Source of the DNA: Candidatus Poribacteria bacterium
GTDB taxonomy: Bacteria > Poribacteria > WGA-4E > WGA-3G
Reading direction: 5' to 3'
DNA: 64,000 bases
NCBI GenBank assembly: GCA_965198235.1
Contig: OZ240248.1
Location: 3,456,001 to 3,520,000, forward strand
Of the stretch, positions 48,767-58,747 are shown in pieces. Both the position numbers and the translations under genes were made by a program. The notes under the pieces are model-generated. The model was not told the DNA's origin. It searched no databases and saw nothing but the letters and a program-made list of their open reading frames with translations. Numbering within the stretch: the first letter of the stretch is position 1; each line of letters begins with the position of its first letter.

Positions 48767-50581
48767 CTATCGAAGTGAAATCGCAGGACAATAAATTCCT
48801 TTCCATTCGCGGGACCACCATGTTCCTTCTGAACGTTTTGTAGTGTGGTCGGTGAAGCTATAATCGTAAAGAGTTGCGCGGACATAACGTGGTGGTGTGT
48901 CTGGGAACGGATTTTCTGCCAACAATTGTAGCACCTCAGACCTGCCTTGTAGCAGTCCTCCCATAAAATTGAGAAACCACGGTGTCCTTTGATAACTGCC
49001 TTGTAGGGCAGCAAACCACATCTGCCAATCGAGGCGTGGTTGATGCGGAGCAACCCATTTTGGCGCAACAGTCAGATTTCCCGGTTTCCATCGAAATTGG
49101 TAAGTTTCCCATGTTATCCGATCGTTGCTACCTTCAACGATAATTTCCGGGCGTGATTCCGTCATATCTGCAAAGAGTCCGTAGGTATTCACACTCCGAA
49201 ACGGCGCGATCCAAGCGACATCTGGAAACCTTATCTCTCTGAAAAGTTGTCCACCGAATCGGATGCCGCTCAACAGAAAGAGGAGCGTTGCCACTACCGC
49301 TACGCCGATGCGTCTATATCGGTGAAGGGGTTGTTCGCCGAAGCGGATAGGGGGCATGAACCGTTTTGGGAGCAACCCTTTCCACGTCACATCGTCAATC
49401 AGAAGGAGACATAGCGCAATCGTCAGCAAGTTGAAAAAGCAGTAATTCCCTGTTAGGATGATTAGCAGTTGCAGAGTGACTAACCCGATACATCCCACAG
49501 TCCGTAAACGTCGCGGTGCGAAAATCAGGAACGGGACGACCAATTCAGCCGCGAACATACCGATGATTGAGGCTTTCTGGAACCATTCCGGCAACTGGTG
49601 GGCATACCATCCGAACCCTGTCGGCAACGGCTGTGTTTCATAATGGTAGTTGAGAGCGGTGAGGTTTCGCCACACCTCGTCACTGGCGAGTTTAACAAAC
49701 CCGGAGGCAAACATCAGACGGAACAGGAGCCAACGTAAAAGCCACAGAAACGCAGCGGAGGGTTGGGATGCACGTGTGAATGTATCACGTAGTTGCAGCG
49801 GCGCGAAGAAGATTGCCAGAAAGCCCACCTCTAAGAGCAGGACATCCCACTGGAAGCTTAGAAAAACTTGTCCTGCTGTCACAAGCGACAGATAAAACAC
49901 CCACAAACCGACTAAGGTAAATGAAGGGACAAACCCTGCGATTAAGACGAAGGACAGAAGCACACCACTGGCGCACAATAAATTGAGAGAAGCATCCGAT
50001 GCGTTCAGCCAGAACAGCGTCGGAACGAGGTAATAGCCTTCTGTCTCGATTTGCTGACGGATAGCCTCTAAATACTGTTCTGCTGGTAAAATCCCGTTGC
50101 TCCCAATGAGTCCGTGAATCTGCACCCACAAGGACAAAAAGGCGATGAGGTAGATACAACCGAGTCCGCGCAGGAACAGCCATCTCGAAAAGCAAAACGA
50201 TGTTCTCTCCGTATGTGTCCCCCACAACCATCGCGTCACAGCAGAGAAAAACGGGCGCTGCTGTGCAATGAAACCGTAAATTCCTTCGGACACGCTCGCG
50301 AAACCCGGCAAATGGTAGTAGCACCAGAGAAACCGACCGTTGTTCAAGGCACGCAGGACAGCCTCTGCCCCGCTCAAAACCGTCCCATTCTGAAGAATCA
50401 ACTGAACCGAATTCTCAAACGCTGAAAGCGGTATCTCTGGGAATTGTGCAGCCACCTCTTGGGACGGTGCGTAATCAACACGGTCACCGGTGATGTGCTG
50501 CCATTGAGCAATCCAATATCGGCAAAAGTCGCAGGCGTTATCGTAAACAAGGAGCGGTTTGCTGCTTTGTGATTGCATCAA
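48767..50581 (-). CDS. Lipase maturation factor family protein with an N-terminal DCC1/DUF393 thiol-disulfide domain
   Basis: YDNACDFC; LRGLG.IY.IAF, FQWD.LLLE.GFL, HYETQPLP, VNTYGLFA, PHQPRLDWQMWFAA. Confidence 0.92.
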   Translation of the reverse strand: MMQSQSSKPLLVYDNACDFCRYWIAQWQHITGDRVDYAPSQEVAAQFPEIPLSAFENSVQLILQNGTVLSGAEAVLRALNNGRFLWCYYHLPGFASVSEGIYGFIAQQRPFFSAVTRWLWGTHTERTSFCFSRWLFLRGLGCIYLIAFLSLWVQIHGLIGSNGILPAEQYLEAIRQQIETEGYYLVPTLFWLNASDASLNLLCASGVLLSFVLIAGFVPSFTLVGLWVFYLSLVTAGQVFLSFQWDVLLLEVGFLAIFFAPLQLRDTFTRASQPSAAFLWLLRWLLFRLMFASGFVKLASDEVWRNLTALNYHYETQPLPTGFGWYAHQLPEWFQKASIIGMFAAELVVPFLIFAPRRLRTVGCIGLVTLQLLIILTGNYCFFNLLTIALCLLLIDDVTWKGLLPKRFMPPIRFGEQPLHRYRRIGVAVVATLLFLLSGIRFGGQLFREIRFPDVAWIAPFRSVNTYGLFADMTESRPEIIVEGSNDRITWETYQFRWKPGNLTVAPKWVAPHQPRLDWQMWFAALQGSYQRTPWFLNFMGGLLQGRSEVLQLLAENPFPDTPPRYVRATLYDYSFTDHTTKRSEGTWWSREWKGIYCPAISLR

Positions 50582-50632
50582 AGTTCCCGACGAAGTTTGC
50601 GTAATCCATCGGACATTAACACTGGGAAGAGA

Positions 50633-51862
50633 TTAACGCCATGCCTGATGAATTTTGGCGATAGCTTCCACAATCTGATCCATATCCGTTGCTGAACTGA
50701 GGAAGAGATTTTGGAAAAGCCATACACTCTGCTCGCAGACTGATGCTGCGTTTGGGCACGGCAGCGACCGGATGAGGTGCGGATATTTCTCCGCGACGTA
50801 TGCCATTCCCGGTTCCTGTGAAAGCGGGGAACGGTAACCGATAGAACACGGAATACCTTCGGCAGAGAGCGCGTCTACAAATTCCTGTCGCGATTTACCG
50901 TCAAATCCTTGGGGGTCATACTTCAAGCAGTAGAGATGATACCCGTGTTTGGTAACCCACGGGGCGAGTTTCGGTGGTGTGATACCCTCAATCGCTTTCA
51001 AAGCGTTGGAGAGATAGGTGGCGTTTCGGTTGCGGAGATCGGTTTGTCCCTCTAACAGTTCCAGCCGTACCAACAATATTGCAGCGAGATACTCTGAGGG
51101 ACGGTAGTTCCATCCGAGTCGCGGATATTCCCATCTCGCCCCACCGGGCGCACGTCCCACATTCATAAAGGCGCAGACCCGGTCGTGAATATCCTTATCG
51201 TTTGTGGTAACCATACCGCCTTCACCGGAAGTCAGATTCTTTGACGCTTGGAAACTAAACGCACCGACATCGCTGAGAGATCCAACTTTCTTCGTCTGGT
51301 ATTCGGCGCCGTGTGCTTGTGCGGAGTCCTCAATAATCGCAAGTTGATGACGTTGTGCGATCTCTCGCAATGCCCCCATATCTGCTGGATGACCACCGAG
51401 ATGGACGGGTAGGATCGCGCGAGTTTCAGGACGAATTGCTGCTTCCACTGCCTCTGGATCGATCGTAAACGTCTCCGGTGAAATGTCTACAAACGCTACA
51501 GTACATCGACGTTCCAATACGGCACTCGCCGTCGCTACGAACGTGTAGTTCGGCACAATAACCTCGCCACCATCACTAAATCCGTCGAGATCCAGCGCAG
51601 CAGCTAAGGCGGCACTGATTGAATCGGTGCCGTGCGGCATGAAGAGGGCGTAGTTTGTCCCGGAATACTGGGCATATTGTTCACCCAAACGCTCAATCAT
51701 CGAGCCACCGGAGCCTTCATTCGCGCTCAGGTACACTTCACGGAGCAGCGGTTCAACTTTTGACTCCCACTCTTCAGTCGTGGTAAGTGGCCATGAGGAC
51801 CACGGATCGCTTTCTGTGTTTCGTACAGGTGTGCCGCCTGAAATCGCTAATTGGTTGGGCAT
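50633..51862 (-). CDS. DegT/DnrJ/EryC1/StrS PLP-dependent aminotransferase
   Basis: TFVATA, PVHLGG, IEDSAQAHG, FSFQASKNLTSGEGG, GWNYR. Confidence 0.93.
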   Translation of the reverse strand: MPNQLAISGGTPVRNTESDPWSSWPLTTTEEWESKVEPLLREVYLSANEGSGGSMIERLGEQYAQYSGTNYALFMPHGTDSISAALAAALDLDGFSDGGEVIVPNYTFVATASAVLERRCTVAFVDISPETFTIDPEAVEAAIRPETRAILPVHLGGHPADMGALREIAQRHQLAIIEDSAQAHGAEYQTKKVGSLSDVGAFSFQASKNLTSGEGGMVTTNDKDIHDRVCAFMNVGRAPGGARWEYPRLGWNYRPSEYLAAILLVRLELLEGQTDLRNRNATYLSNALKAIEGITPPKLAPWVTKHGYHLYCLKYDPQGFDGKSRQEFVDALSAEGIPCSIGYRSPLSQEPGMAYVAEKYPHLIRSLPCPNAASVCEQSVWLFQNLFLSSATDMDQIVEAIAKIHQAWR

Positions 51863-51924
51863 GCAAATCTCCGATCTTCTCTGTTATTTTGCACTTTGCG
51901 TGAAGTCGAACTCCTTACGGCTAT

Positions 51925-52075
51925 TATGGTGAATTATCAAGATATACAGACATTTCAGTGAACAATGGATGACAAAACACTTTCCATCGCTGGCGAGGTT
52001 TCCGGGTTTGTAGTAGGGAAACCATTCATGGTCTCCCGTCAAATGGTAGAGGTACCCTTTGTGAGTGTCTGCTAT
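51925..52075. mobile_element. Degenerate MITE of the TATGGTGAATT family
   Basis: Left arm TATGGTGAATTATCAAGATATACAGACATTTCAGTG matches 8155; right arm is eroded (GAGTGTCT remnant). Confidence 0.55.
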
Positions 52076-52080
52076 CTGTT

Positions 52081-52800
52081 TTAGCGGATAGGATTTCCAT
52101 TTTCATCTACATACACGACTTCCCAGCCCGCTGGTTGCACACCGGTATTCAAGAGGTGAAGCCTCTGTTTCTCAGAAGGTTCGGGACCCTTAACCGAGCT
52201 ATGCTCTCCGTTCTCCGATTTCGTTATAGCGCGTGTCGTGTGCCAAATATTAGCCGTTGATTCCGTTTTTTGTACGTAGATTCTTCCGGGAATTTGCGGT
52301 AACGCGTTTTCACCTATTACAATCCACTCTTCCATTTCTGGGTTGTCTTGATTCGCTTCAGTGATGAGTTGATGTTCATGTTGATACTTTTGGATCAGGG
52401 TGTCAATATAACTCGATTTAACGATCTCCCAGTCATTTTCGGTGTACAATTCTTCCAAAATTAGATCCGAGCGTCCATCGAGGTATTCACTATAGGTTTT
52501 GAAATTCTCTATCATGATACCTTTATTGAGGAGCATCTGAAGCCATTCTTCACGTGGATATTTGGTATCCATATCTGCCAACGTGAACTCAATATGTCGT
52601 TTTTTGCCATAAAGTGTCTCCGAAACAGTGGTCCTCTCATGGGAACTGTATCTGGCATCGAACGCCTCCATAAGTGCCTCAACGGTTTGAGGTCCAGTAT
52701 ATTGCTCTGTTTTTGCCTTGGAATCTAACTTCAAGTAACACCCAACAAAGATAATTCCGAGGATGATCAAAAATAGAAAAATTCGCACGGTATATCTCAT
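52081..52800 (-). CDS. Hypothetical lipoprotein/exported protein
   Basis: Lipobox-like IFVGC after a hydrophobic stretch; AAAGGA RBS. Confidence 0.7.
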   Translation of the reverse strand: MRYTVRIFLFLIILGIIFVGCYLKLDSKAKTEQYTGPQTVEALMEAFDARYSSHERTTVSETLYGKKRHIEFTLADMDTKYPREEWLQMLLNKGIMIENFKTYSEYLDGRSDLILEELYTENDWEIVKSSYIDTLIQKYQHEHQLITEANQDNPEMEEWIVIGENALPQIPGRIYVQKTESTANIWHTTRAITKSENGEHSSVKGPEPSEKQRLHLLNTGVQPAGWEVVYVDENGNPIR

Positions 52801-53055
52801 GATTTTTTTCCTTTCCTATAGCATTTGCCAACTTTCTACAGAATATACTCTATTCGCGGAAAAAACACAAGAAAAAATAGTATATTTGACAATCGGGTGA
52901 TGAATGTGTAGCAAGACATGGTTAACAAAAATGGCGAGGTCCGAGACCCTCGCCATATATTTGCAACTTTAACGCACTAATGATCGGTTAACGGACGCTG
53001 AAACTGTTTTCTAATTCGTTTTTCAGCCTTCTTCATTTCTGATTTACATTTCGGA

Positions 53056-54120
53056 TTAGCGGTCCCCCACTAATTGACGGATTGCCTCCACCGCTGTCTC
53101 TGTATCTTGGAGCGGTTTGTTCGACACATCGGAAGTGAGAACATTGGCGATATACGTTTCTAAGCCGTCGAGTCTGCACCGACTCACAATGGAATGTTCT
53201 TCCATATACCGATAGACTTCATATCGCTTCGGCAGTCTGGCACTTTCTTGTGACAACGTTAGAACGACAACGCTACGTCCACTGCTCGCTGCCTCACACA
53301 CCATTGAAAAACTGTCCGCGGTGACAATGAGCAGATCGCTTGAGGCGAGAATGGCTTGGTAGGGATCTTCAAGTTCTGAAGGAGTGTCAGGGGTAATAAA
53401 CAATGGGCACCAGTCAGTATGTTTTATGGTCGATACCAAATGTCCCGTCACATCTGGTGGCGTTCGGCGAGAGGTCGTTACGAATACCTGCGCGTTCATC
53501 CTTTCTGCGGTTGCTTTGCAAATCTTACTGAGCCGTTCGGCATCCTCTATCGTGATAGTTTCATGCCGATCTGTCCCACCGAGTAGAATGCCAATGTTCG
53601 GACAATCCGATAGGTTCAGTTCATCCTTCAATTGTTTCCGTTTGACATCCAGCATGTCTGGTGAAATAGGGTTTGGCACGCCGATTGTTCGGCAAATATT
53701 GTCTTTACGCGATGCGTGGTGCCAAGAGATCATTGGAAGGATTGCGAGGTCGAAATATCGGGTGCCTACCGGTGAGGGTCTACGACACGTGACTGTCATG
53801 GCACCGAGAATTCTCCCAAGGAGTAGGTTAACCGCCGCCACAGATGAGCCTGTTGAGAGGATAATATCAGCGGTTTGGCGTTGTACCAGTGCGTTGTAAG
53901 ACTCAGGGGTGAGGCTCCACCGCAGAAGTGTGTGGATAAGGGACATGGAAAGCGGCACACCTCCAAAAATACACGCAAAAACCCGCAGGAGGTTGTCACG
54001 CCATTTGCGCCGAAATTGTATCTCAAGCCATGCCGTTTGGCATTCAGGCATTTTTTCGACTATGCCTAAGGATTGCTTGTAATGCCCCGGTTTCTTGTCG
54101 CTTAAGATAACAACTTTCAT
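53056..54120 (-). CDS. ELM1/GtrOC1-family putative glycosyltransferase-fold protein
   Basis: LSD.KPGH..QS.G, FDL.I.P, ILLGG, TTSRRTP, VTADS.SMVCEAASSG. Confidence 0.88.
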   Translation of the reverse strand: MKVVILSDKKPGHYKQSLGIVEKMPECQTAWLEIQFRRKWRDNLLRVFACIFGGVPLSMSLIHTLLRWSLTPESYNALVQRQTADIILSTGSSVAAVNLLLGRILGAMTVTCRRPSPVGTRYFDLAILPMISWHHASRKDNICRTIGVPNPISPDMLDVKRKQLKDELNLSDCPNIGILLGGTDRHETITIEDAERLSKICKATAERMNAQVFVTTSRRTPPDVTGHLVSTIKHTDWCPLFITPDTPSELEDPYQAILASSDLLIVTADSFSMVCEAASSGRSVVVLTLSQESARLPKRYEVYRYMEEHSIVSRCRLDGLETYIANVLTSDVSNKPLQDTETAVEAIRQLVGDR

Positions 54121-54335
54121 TTTTTAATTTATGACCTCTGGGCCGCTGCGTCCGTTGTCCTTGCGGGTCTCTGCTTAATTCCCGACTGGTTTCTGTAGGC
54201 GCGGGGAAACACCCTATCAAAAACACTCCGATTCCCAACTTCTGCACCAAAAACGTAGCCTGCAACAACGGCGCAGGCGATTCTTTGGTGAAAACCGTCA
54301 AAACACAAACCCCGCCATTTCTCCGCAAGGTATAA

Positions 54336-54733
54336 TTAAAAAAAGGAATACTCAATCAGTTCCGTTGTCCCGTATTCGTCTTCGACTTTGACAATACCGA
54401 CATGCGGGGCAAACCATAGCGTCTGCTTCTGTTGAATTGTCTCATCTCCCGAAAAAAGAGTCTGCGTGATTTCAGTCTGGTATTCTATCCGATATGTTTT
54501 CTCAAAGTTACCAGTTGCGGTGTATCCTTGAAGATCCGATAGTGCTTTCCGTTAATATCTGTCTCGCCACTAACTTCTCGTGTCCATTGGGACCCATCAG
54601 AATTTCTGTAAATCCATTGGCTTCCAATGGCATCAGGAAAGTAGTTTGGCATCTGTTCTATCGGTGGTGTTTCATCCGAACCACATCCGAATAGAATAAA
54701 AATAACACACAGAATCAGAGAAATCGGTCGCAT
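54336..54733 (-). pseudogene. Lipoprotein gene with internal deletion/frameshift
   Basis: LFGC lipobox and NYFP..GS.W.Y N-terminus (54485-54733); a second frame continues GNFEKTYRIEY…WFAPHVGIVKVE…EYSFF* to 54336. Confidence 0.7.
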
Positions 54734-54734
54734 T

Positions 54735-56033
54735 TCATTCCTTCAGTGCGTCTGCTACCAGTTCTTTTAACGCTCTGCCTCTCGCGTGGTGCGAGATCAA
54801 AGTGCCGTCTCTGGCAATGAGCCACGGTGCAGGTATTGCGCGAATGCCATACTGTCGTGAAACTGGGCTCTGCCATCCTTTCCCGCTAAACACCTGTCGC
54901 CAAGGAATGTCATTCTCTTTCAGATAGTTTCGCAGCCTATCTTCATCAGTGTCAAGGCTGATCCCAATAATGTCAAATCCTTCGTCCTTATAGGTATCGT
55001 AGACCTTTATGACGTTCGGGATTTCGGAGATGCACGGAGCGCACCAGACTGCCCAAAAATCGAGTAGGACGACTTTTCCATGGTATTGCTCAAGCGAAAT
55101 CGGATTACCCTCAAGATCCATGGCAGAAAAGTCGGGCACAGTCTTACCAATTAACGCCAGTGCAGGATCCGCCTTTATGCGGTATTCATTTGCCAGTTCG
55201 GCGTTGCCTAATCTTTCATGAATCTCGGCAAGTTTTCTGAAGACACTACGGTTTTCTGGGGACTGCTCCTCAAGTTTCGTAAAAAGCTGCAGCATCTCTT
55301 CATCTCGATTCATTATCTCAAACATATCACCGAGGACAAAGTGATCTCGAATGTTCTCAGGTTTTAGGATCTCCTTGAAACGAGTGATAAGTTTCTCGGC
55401 ATCTTTTTCTCGTTCAACCTTCATGTAGAGGCTAACAAGTACTAAATATACATCACTAAGATGTGCATTGTCCGGATGCTGCTGGATTCCGGCATCCAAG
55501 GTAGCAATGGCTTCTTCAATGCTCTCGTATATCTCTTCAGGTTTGTATTCCCATATATTGGATGATCTGTAAACTCTTGACGAAAAACTCAAGTTTAGAA
55601 CCGCAAAGTCTTCGTTTGCATGATGGCGACAACGCACGAGAGGCATGGCATCGCCATATACCTTGCGTTGCTCAGTTTTCCATTCTCTATACCCAGGGTT
55701 AAGCTCGTAACTATAACTCACGGACATTTCCGGATCTGCGTTCTGAGAATAAATCGGTTTGCCACCTGCTTCATCTGCCGGACAGATGAGCGCATTACCA
55801 TCTGTCAAGTGTTTTGGATGGATATCTGAAAGCCACACCGGAAAATCACCGTGTTCTTTCTGGTAAACTTGGATTGACTTGCCGATTGCGATTAAATTTT
55901 GTGTGCAAATCTCAATGTTTTTCTGCTCCTGTTCCGCATCGGAGACTTCGATCTCTCTTTGCGCCGTTACTTCCAGGTTCGCAGAGGTCATCAGTAGCCC
56001 CAACACGATTCCTACGGTCAGAATTGCTTTCAT
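54735..56033 (-). CDS. Exported TlpA/ResA-type disulfide reductase with a TPR region and an N-terminal DUF1559/pseudopilin-like domain
   Basis: C-terminal DFWAVWCAPC, GISLD, YGIRAIP; N-terminal CTQNL..IG…Y….FP..L…CPAD…SYSY. Confidence 0.85.
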   Translation of the reverse strand: MKAILTVGIVLGLLMTSANLEVTAQREIEVSDAEQEQKNIEICTQNLIAIGKSIQVYQKEHGDFPVWLSDIHPKHLTDGNALICPADEAGGKPIYSQNADPEMSVSYSYELNPGYREWKTEQRKVYGDAMPLVRCRHHANEDFAVLNLSFSSRVYRSSNIWEYKPEEIYESIEEAIATLDAGIQQHPDNAHLSDVYLVLVSLYMKVEREKDAEKLITRFKEILKPENIRDHFVLGDMFEIMNRDEEMLQLFTKLEEQSPENRSVFRKLAEIHERLGNAELANEYRIKADPALALIGKTVPDFSAMDLEGNPISLEQYHGKVVLLDFWAVWCAPCISEIPNVIKVYDTYKDEGFDIIGISLDTDEDRLRNYLKENDIPWRQVFSGKGWQSPVSRQYGIRAIPAPWLIARDGTLISHHARGRALKELVADALKE

Positions 56034-56335
56034 TTTGATCGTCCTCGTCTCTTTTTTAGTGTTAGTTGAGCAATAATATTAAATGTTCTCTCATCTATCG
56101 GAGTTCACGTAAGCCTAAAAGATAGTATAACACATTGCTATGGAAAGTCTACTGTTTTTCTGCTTTATCATCGTAGGTTGGGTTGAAACGAGGTTGAAAC
56201 CCAACTTCATACTGACAGTTTACCAATCGCCCCTTTGGGGCTTTTCGTCTATGTTCAGCATAATGACATTATCCAGATGAAAATAGCACCTTCTATTTCA
56301 AGATAGCAGCTTAGGTTATCATAACAAATTTAGCC

Positions 56336-56366
56336 GAGCCATAGTTTAAAACTATGGCTCTTTTTT
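56336..56366 (+). terminator. Intrinsic terminator-like hairpin with no upstream + strand CDS
   Basis: GAGCCATAGTT-TAA-AACTATGGCTC followed by T6. Confidence 0.55.
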
Positions 56367-56445
56367 ATGTAGGAGCAAGTTTGGCAGATTCGCTCAAATA
56401 TGATATAATCGCGGTGAGAATTCCGTTAGGATTAAAGGAGAAAAC

Positions 56446-57225
56446 ATGCTCGGTGCAATTATAGGTGACATCGCCGGTTCCATCTACGAGGCGAGTCCCA
56501 TCAAAACCAAGGATTTCTCTTTCTTTGGGGGTTACTGCTGTTTCACAGATGATTCGGTCTGTACTGTCGCTGTCGCTGATATTCTGCTACACGACCTACC
56601 ACCAGCAGAGACGATGCAGGCATGGTGTCGCCGTCACCCATATCGCGGTTACGGTGGGAACTTTGGTATGTGGATATATGCCGATCCACCTGAACCCTAC
56701 GGCAGTTACGGAAACGGCGCAGCAATGCGTGTCTCTCCAGCGGCGTTCCTGAACCGCGAAGATCTCCGTGCCGCACTTTCTGCCTCCGACAAGGTGACCG
56801 AGATTACCCATAACCACCCAGAAGGCATAAAAGGCGCACGCGCAACAACACACGCCATCTGGCTCGCCTTTCAAGACGAGAGTCCTGATAACATCCGACA
56901 AGTTATCGCTTCCGAATACAGCTACGACTTGACCCAGACGGTGGACGCAATTCGTCCCTCCTACTTTTTCGACGTAACCTGCCAAGGTTCCGTCCCACAG
57001 GCGATAACGTGCGCGCTGGAATCGGTGAGTTATGAAGACGCGGTGCGTAACGCCATCTCTCTCGGTGGGGATTCCGATACATTAGCCGCCATCGCCGGTC
57101 CGATTGCCGAGGCACTGCACGGCATTCCTGACGAACTCAAAGAACGTACAGAAAGCATCTACCTTATTGATGCCCCAGACATGCTTGAAGTGATCCGGGA
57201 AATGTATCAATCCCCCAATAGGTGA
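56446..57225 (+). CDS. ADP-ribosylglycohydrolase family protein
   Basis: MLGAIIGDIAGS.YE, FTDD, SYGNGAAMRVSP, THNHPEG, GGDSDT. Confidence 0.93.
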   Translation: MLGAIIGDIAGSIYEASPIKTKDFSFFGGYCCFTDDSVCTVAVADILLHDLPPAETMQAWCRRHPYRGYGGNFGMWIYADPPEPYGSYGNGAAMRVSPAAFLNREDLRAALSASDKVTEITHNHPEGIKGARATTHAIWLAFQDESPDNIRQVIASEYSYDLTQTVDAIRPSYFFDVTCQGSVPQAITCALESVSYEDAVRNAISLGGDSDTLAAIAGPIAEALHGIPDELKERTESIYLIDAPDMLEVIREMYQSPNR

Positions 57226-57404
57226 TGTTTTTCAGACGTACCATAAGTGTCAATTTAAGAAAAAACTGCCTGCAGCATCGTAGGGAATCAACGCTGAATG
57301 CGCGTGTAGCCTCGCAGTGGGAGTCAGCGGGATTGAACGGACTCCATCAAAACAGTAAAAAGTCATAGGAAATGAACCCTTTTCCGTGCATGACACATCA
57401 AACA

Positions 57405-57570
57405 AAAACCGAATGAAACCCAACGCTTTTGTTTTCAAGTTCCCGATACTATGACGGTGTAAAGTTGGGTTTCACTATGCTCTTGGGTGTATATGACGAC
57501 ACGTTGGAGGTGAGGGATATTTGGAACCCGCATATCCGGCTTCTCAGTTGTGTTCAACCCAACCTACGGT
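57405..57570. repeat. GTAGGTTGGGTTGA/AACCCAAC REP cluster
   Basis: TGAAACCCAAC…GTTGGGTTTCA…TTCAACCCAACCTAC; same REP at 56173-56205. Confidence 0.65.
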
Positions 57571-57713
57571 ACTCTAAATGTCCCTTGGGCATCACATGAA
57601 ATCTATTGACAGATAGATTGAATATGTTATGCTATTAACACATTATTGAAGTTATTGTGACATGGAAAAGTTTTGAAAAGAAATTTGAATGAATATCGGA
57701 GATTTTAGGGAAA

Positions 57714-58583
57714 ATGCGTATACTCTCTGCTGATGAAATGGTTCTACCTGTTCTTCAGTATATTGCTGATGGTCAGGAATATCGTCGTCTACACATTATT
57801 GATATGCTTACCGAACATTTTTCGCTAACTAAGGATGAAAGGTTGAAATTAGGTAAAAGTGGTAAAATGGAAGTATCTTTGATGAACAGAGGACTCATAG
57901 AACGATCTAAAGAAAAGCATTATCGAATAACCGATCACGGTCTTGAATTCTTGAATCAAAATCCAGAAGGAGTTCCTGCACTTGATAGAGGGACTGAAAC
58001 TGAAATAGAATCGCCTGCCCCTAGCTCCCACCAAAGGATTGAAGAAAATAACCAGTATCCCGAAGAATCTATTGAAGAAAATTATCAAAAAATCCGAGAA
58101 AGATTGGCAAAAGGGCTACTACAGCAAATCAAGAACAACACGCCTGCTTTTTTCGAGGAATTAGTTATTGATCTACTCGTTGCAATGGGATATGGTGGTT
58201 CACAAGAAGACGCTGGTAAAGCCGTTGGACGCAGTGGGGACGGTGGGATTGACGGTATCATTAAAGCGGATCCGCTGGGTCTTAATGTCGTTTACATTCA
58301 AGCAAAACGATGGGAAGGAAATGTTGGAGCACCACCGGTTCGAGACTTTGTCGGAGCATTAGATGGGGAGGGAGTCCAGGACGGAATTTTCATTACCACC
58401 TCAGATTTTAATCCAGCGGCTAAAGAGTTTGCAGAAAGAAGTTCCAAGAGGGTTATCCTTATCAATGGCAGCCAACTCGCTCGGTATATGATAGATCACA
58501 ACGTCGGCGTTTCCACAACAAAAACTTACGAAATCAAACGCGTAGATTCCGATTATTTTGCTGAAAACACCAAAGATCCGTAA
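57714..58583 (+). CDS. mrr: Mrr-family (type IV) restriction endonuclease
   Basis: Mrr_N (M.LPVL…DG), FFEELV.DLL.AMGYGG, GDGGIDGII..D.LGL…IQAKRW, GIFITTS.F, LING. Confidence 0.93.
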   Translation: MRILSADEMVLPVLQYIADGQEYRRLHIIDMLTEHFSLTKDERLKLGKSGKMEVSLMNRGLIERSKEKHYRITDHGLEFLNQNPEGVPALDRGTETEIESPAPSSHQRIEENNQYPEESIEENYQKIRERLAKGLLQQIKNNTPAFFEELVIDLLVAMGYGGSQEDAGKAVGRSGDGGIDGIIKADPLGLNVVYIQAKRWEGNVGAPPVRDFVGALDGEGVQDGIFITTSDFNPAAKEFAERSSKRVILINGSQLARYMIDHNVGVSTTKTYEIKRVDSDYFAENTKDP

Positions 58584-58598
58584 CGATGTTAGCAATAA

Positions 58599-58731
58599 CA
58601 GGACTTACGCAAATTGAGTAAAAGAGCAATATATTTCACCAAAAGATGCCTCGCAGTGAGAGTATTTCAGTCATTTAACCCCCTAAATCCCCCTTATCAG
58701 GGGGACTTTAAGAGGAAATGCGTAAGTCCTA
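58599..58731. mobile_element. MITE (133 bp) with IS701-type TIRs
   Basis: CAGGACTTACGCA ... TGCGTAAGTCCTA; flanks AATAA/AACAA (one mismatch). Confidence 0.82.
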
Positions 58732-58747
58732 AACAAGAGAGAAGAAA

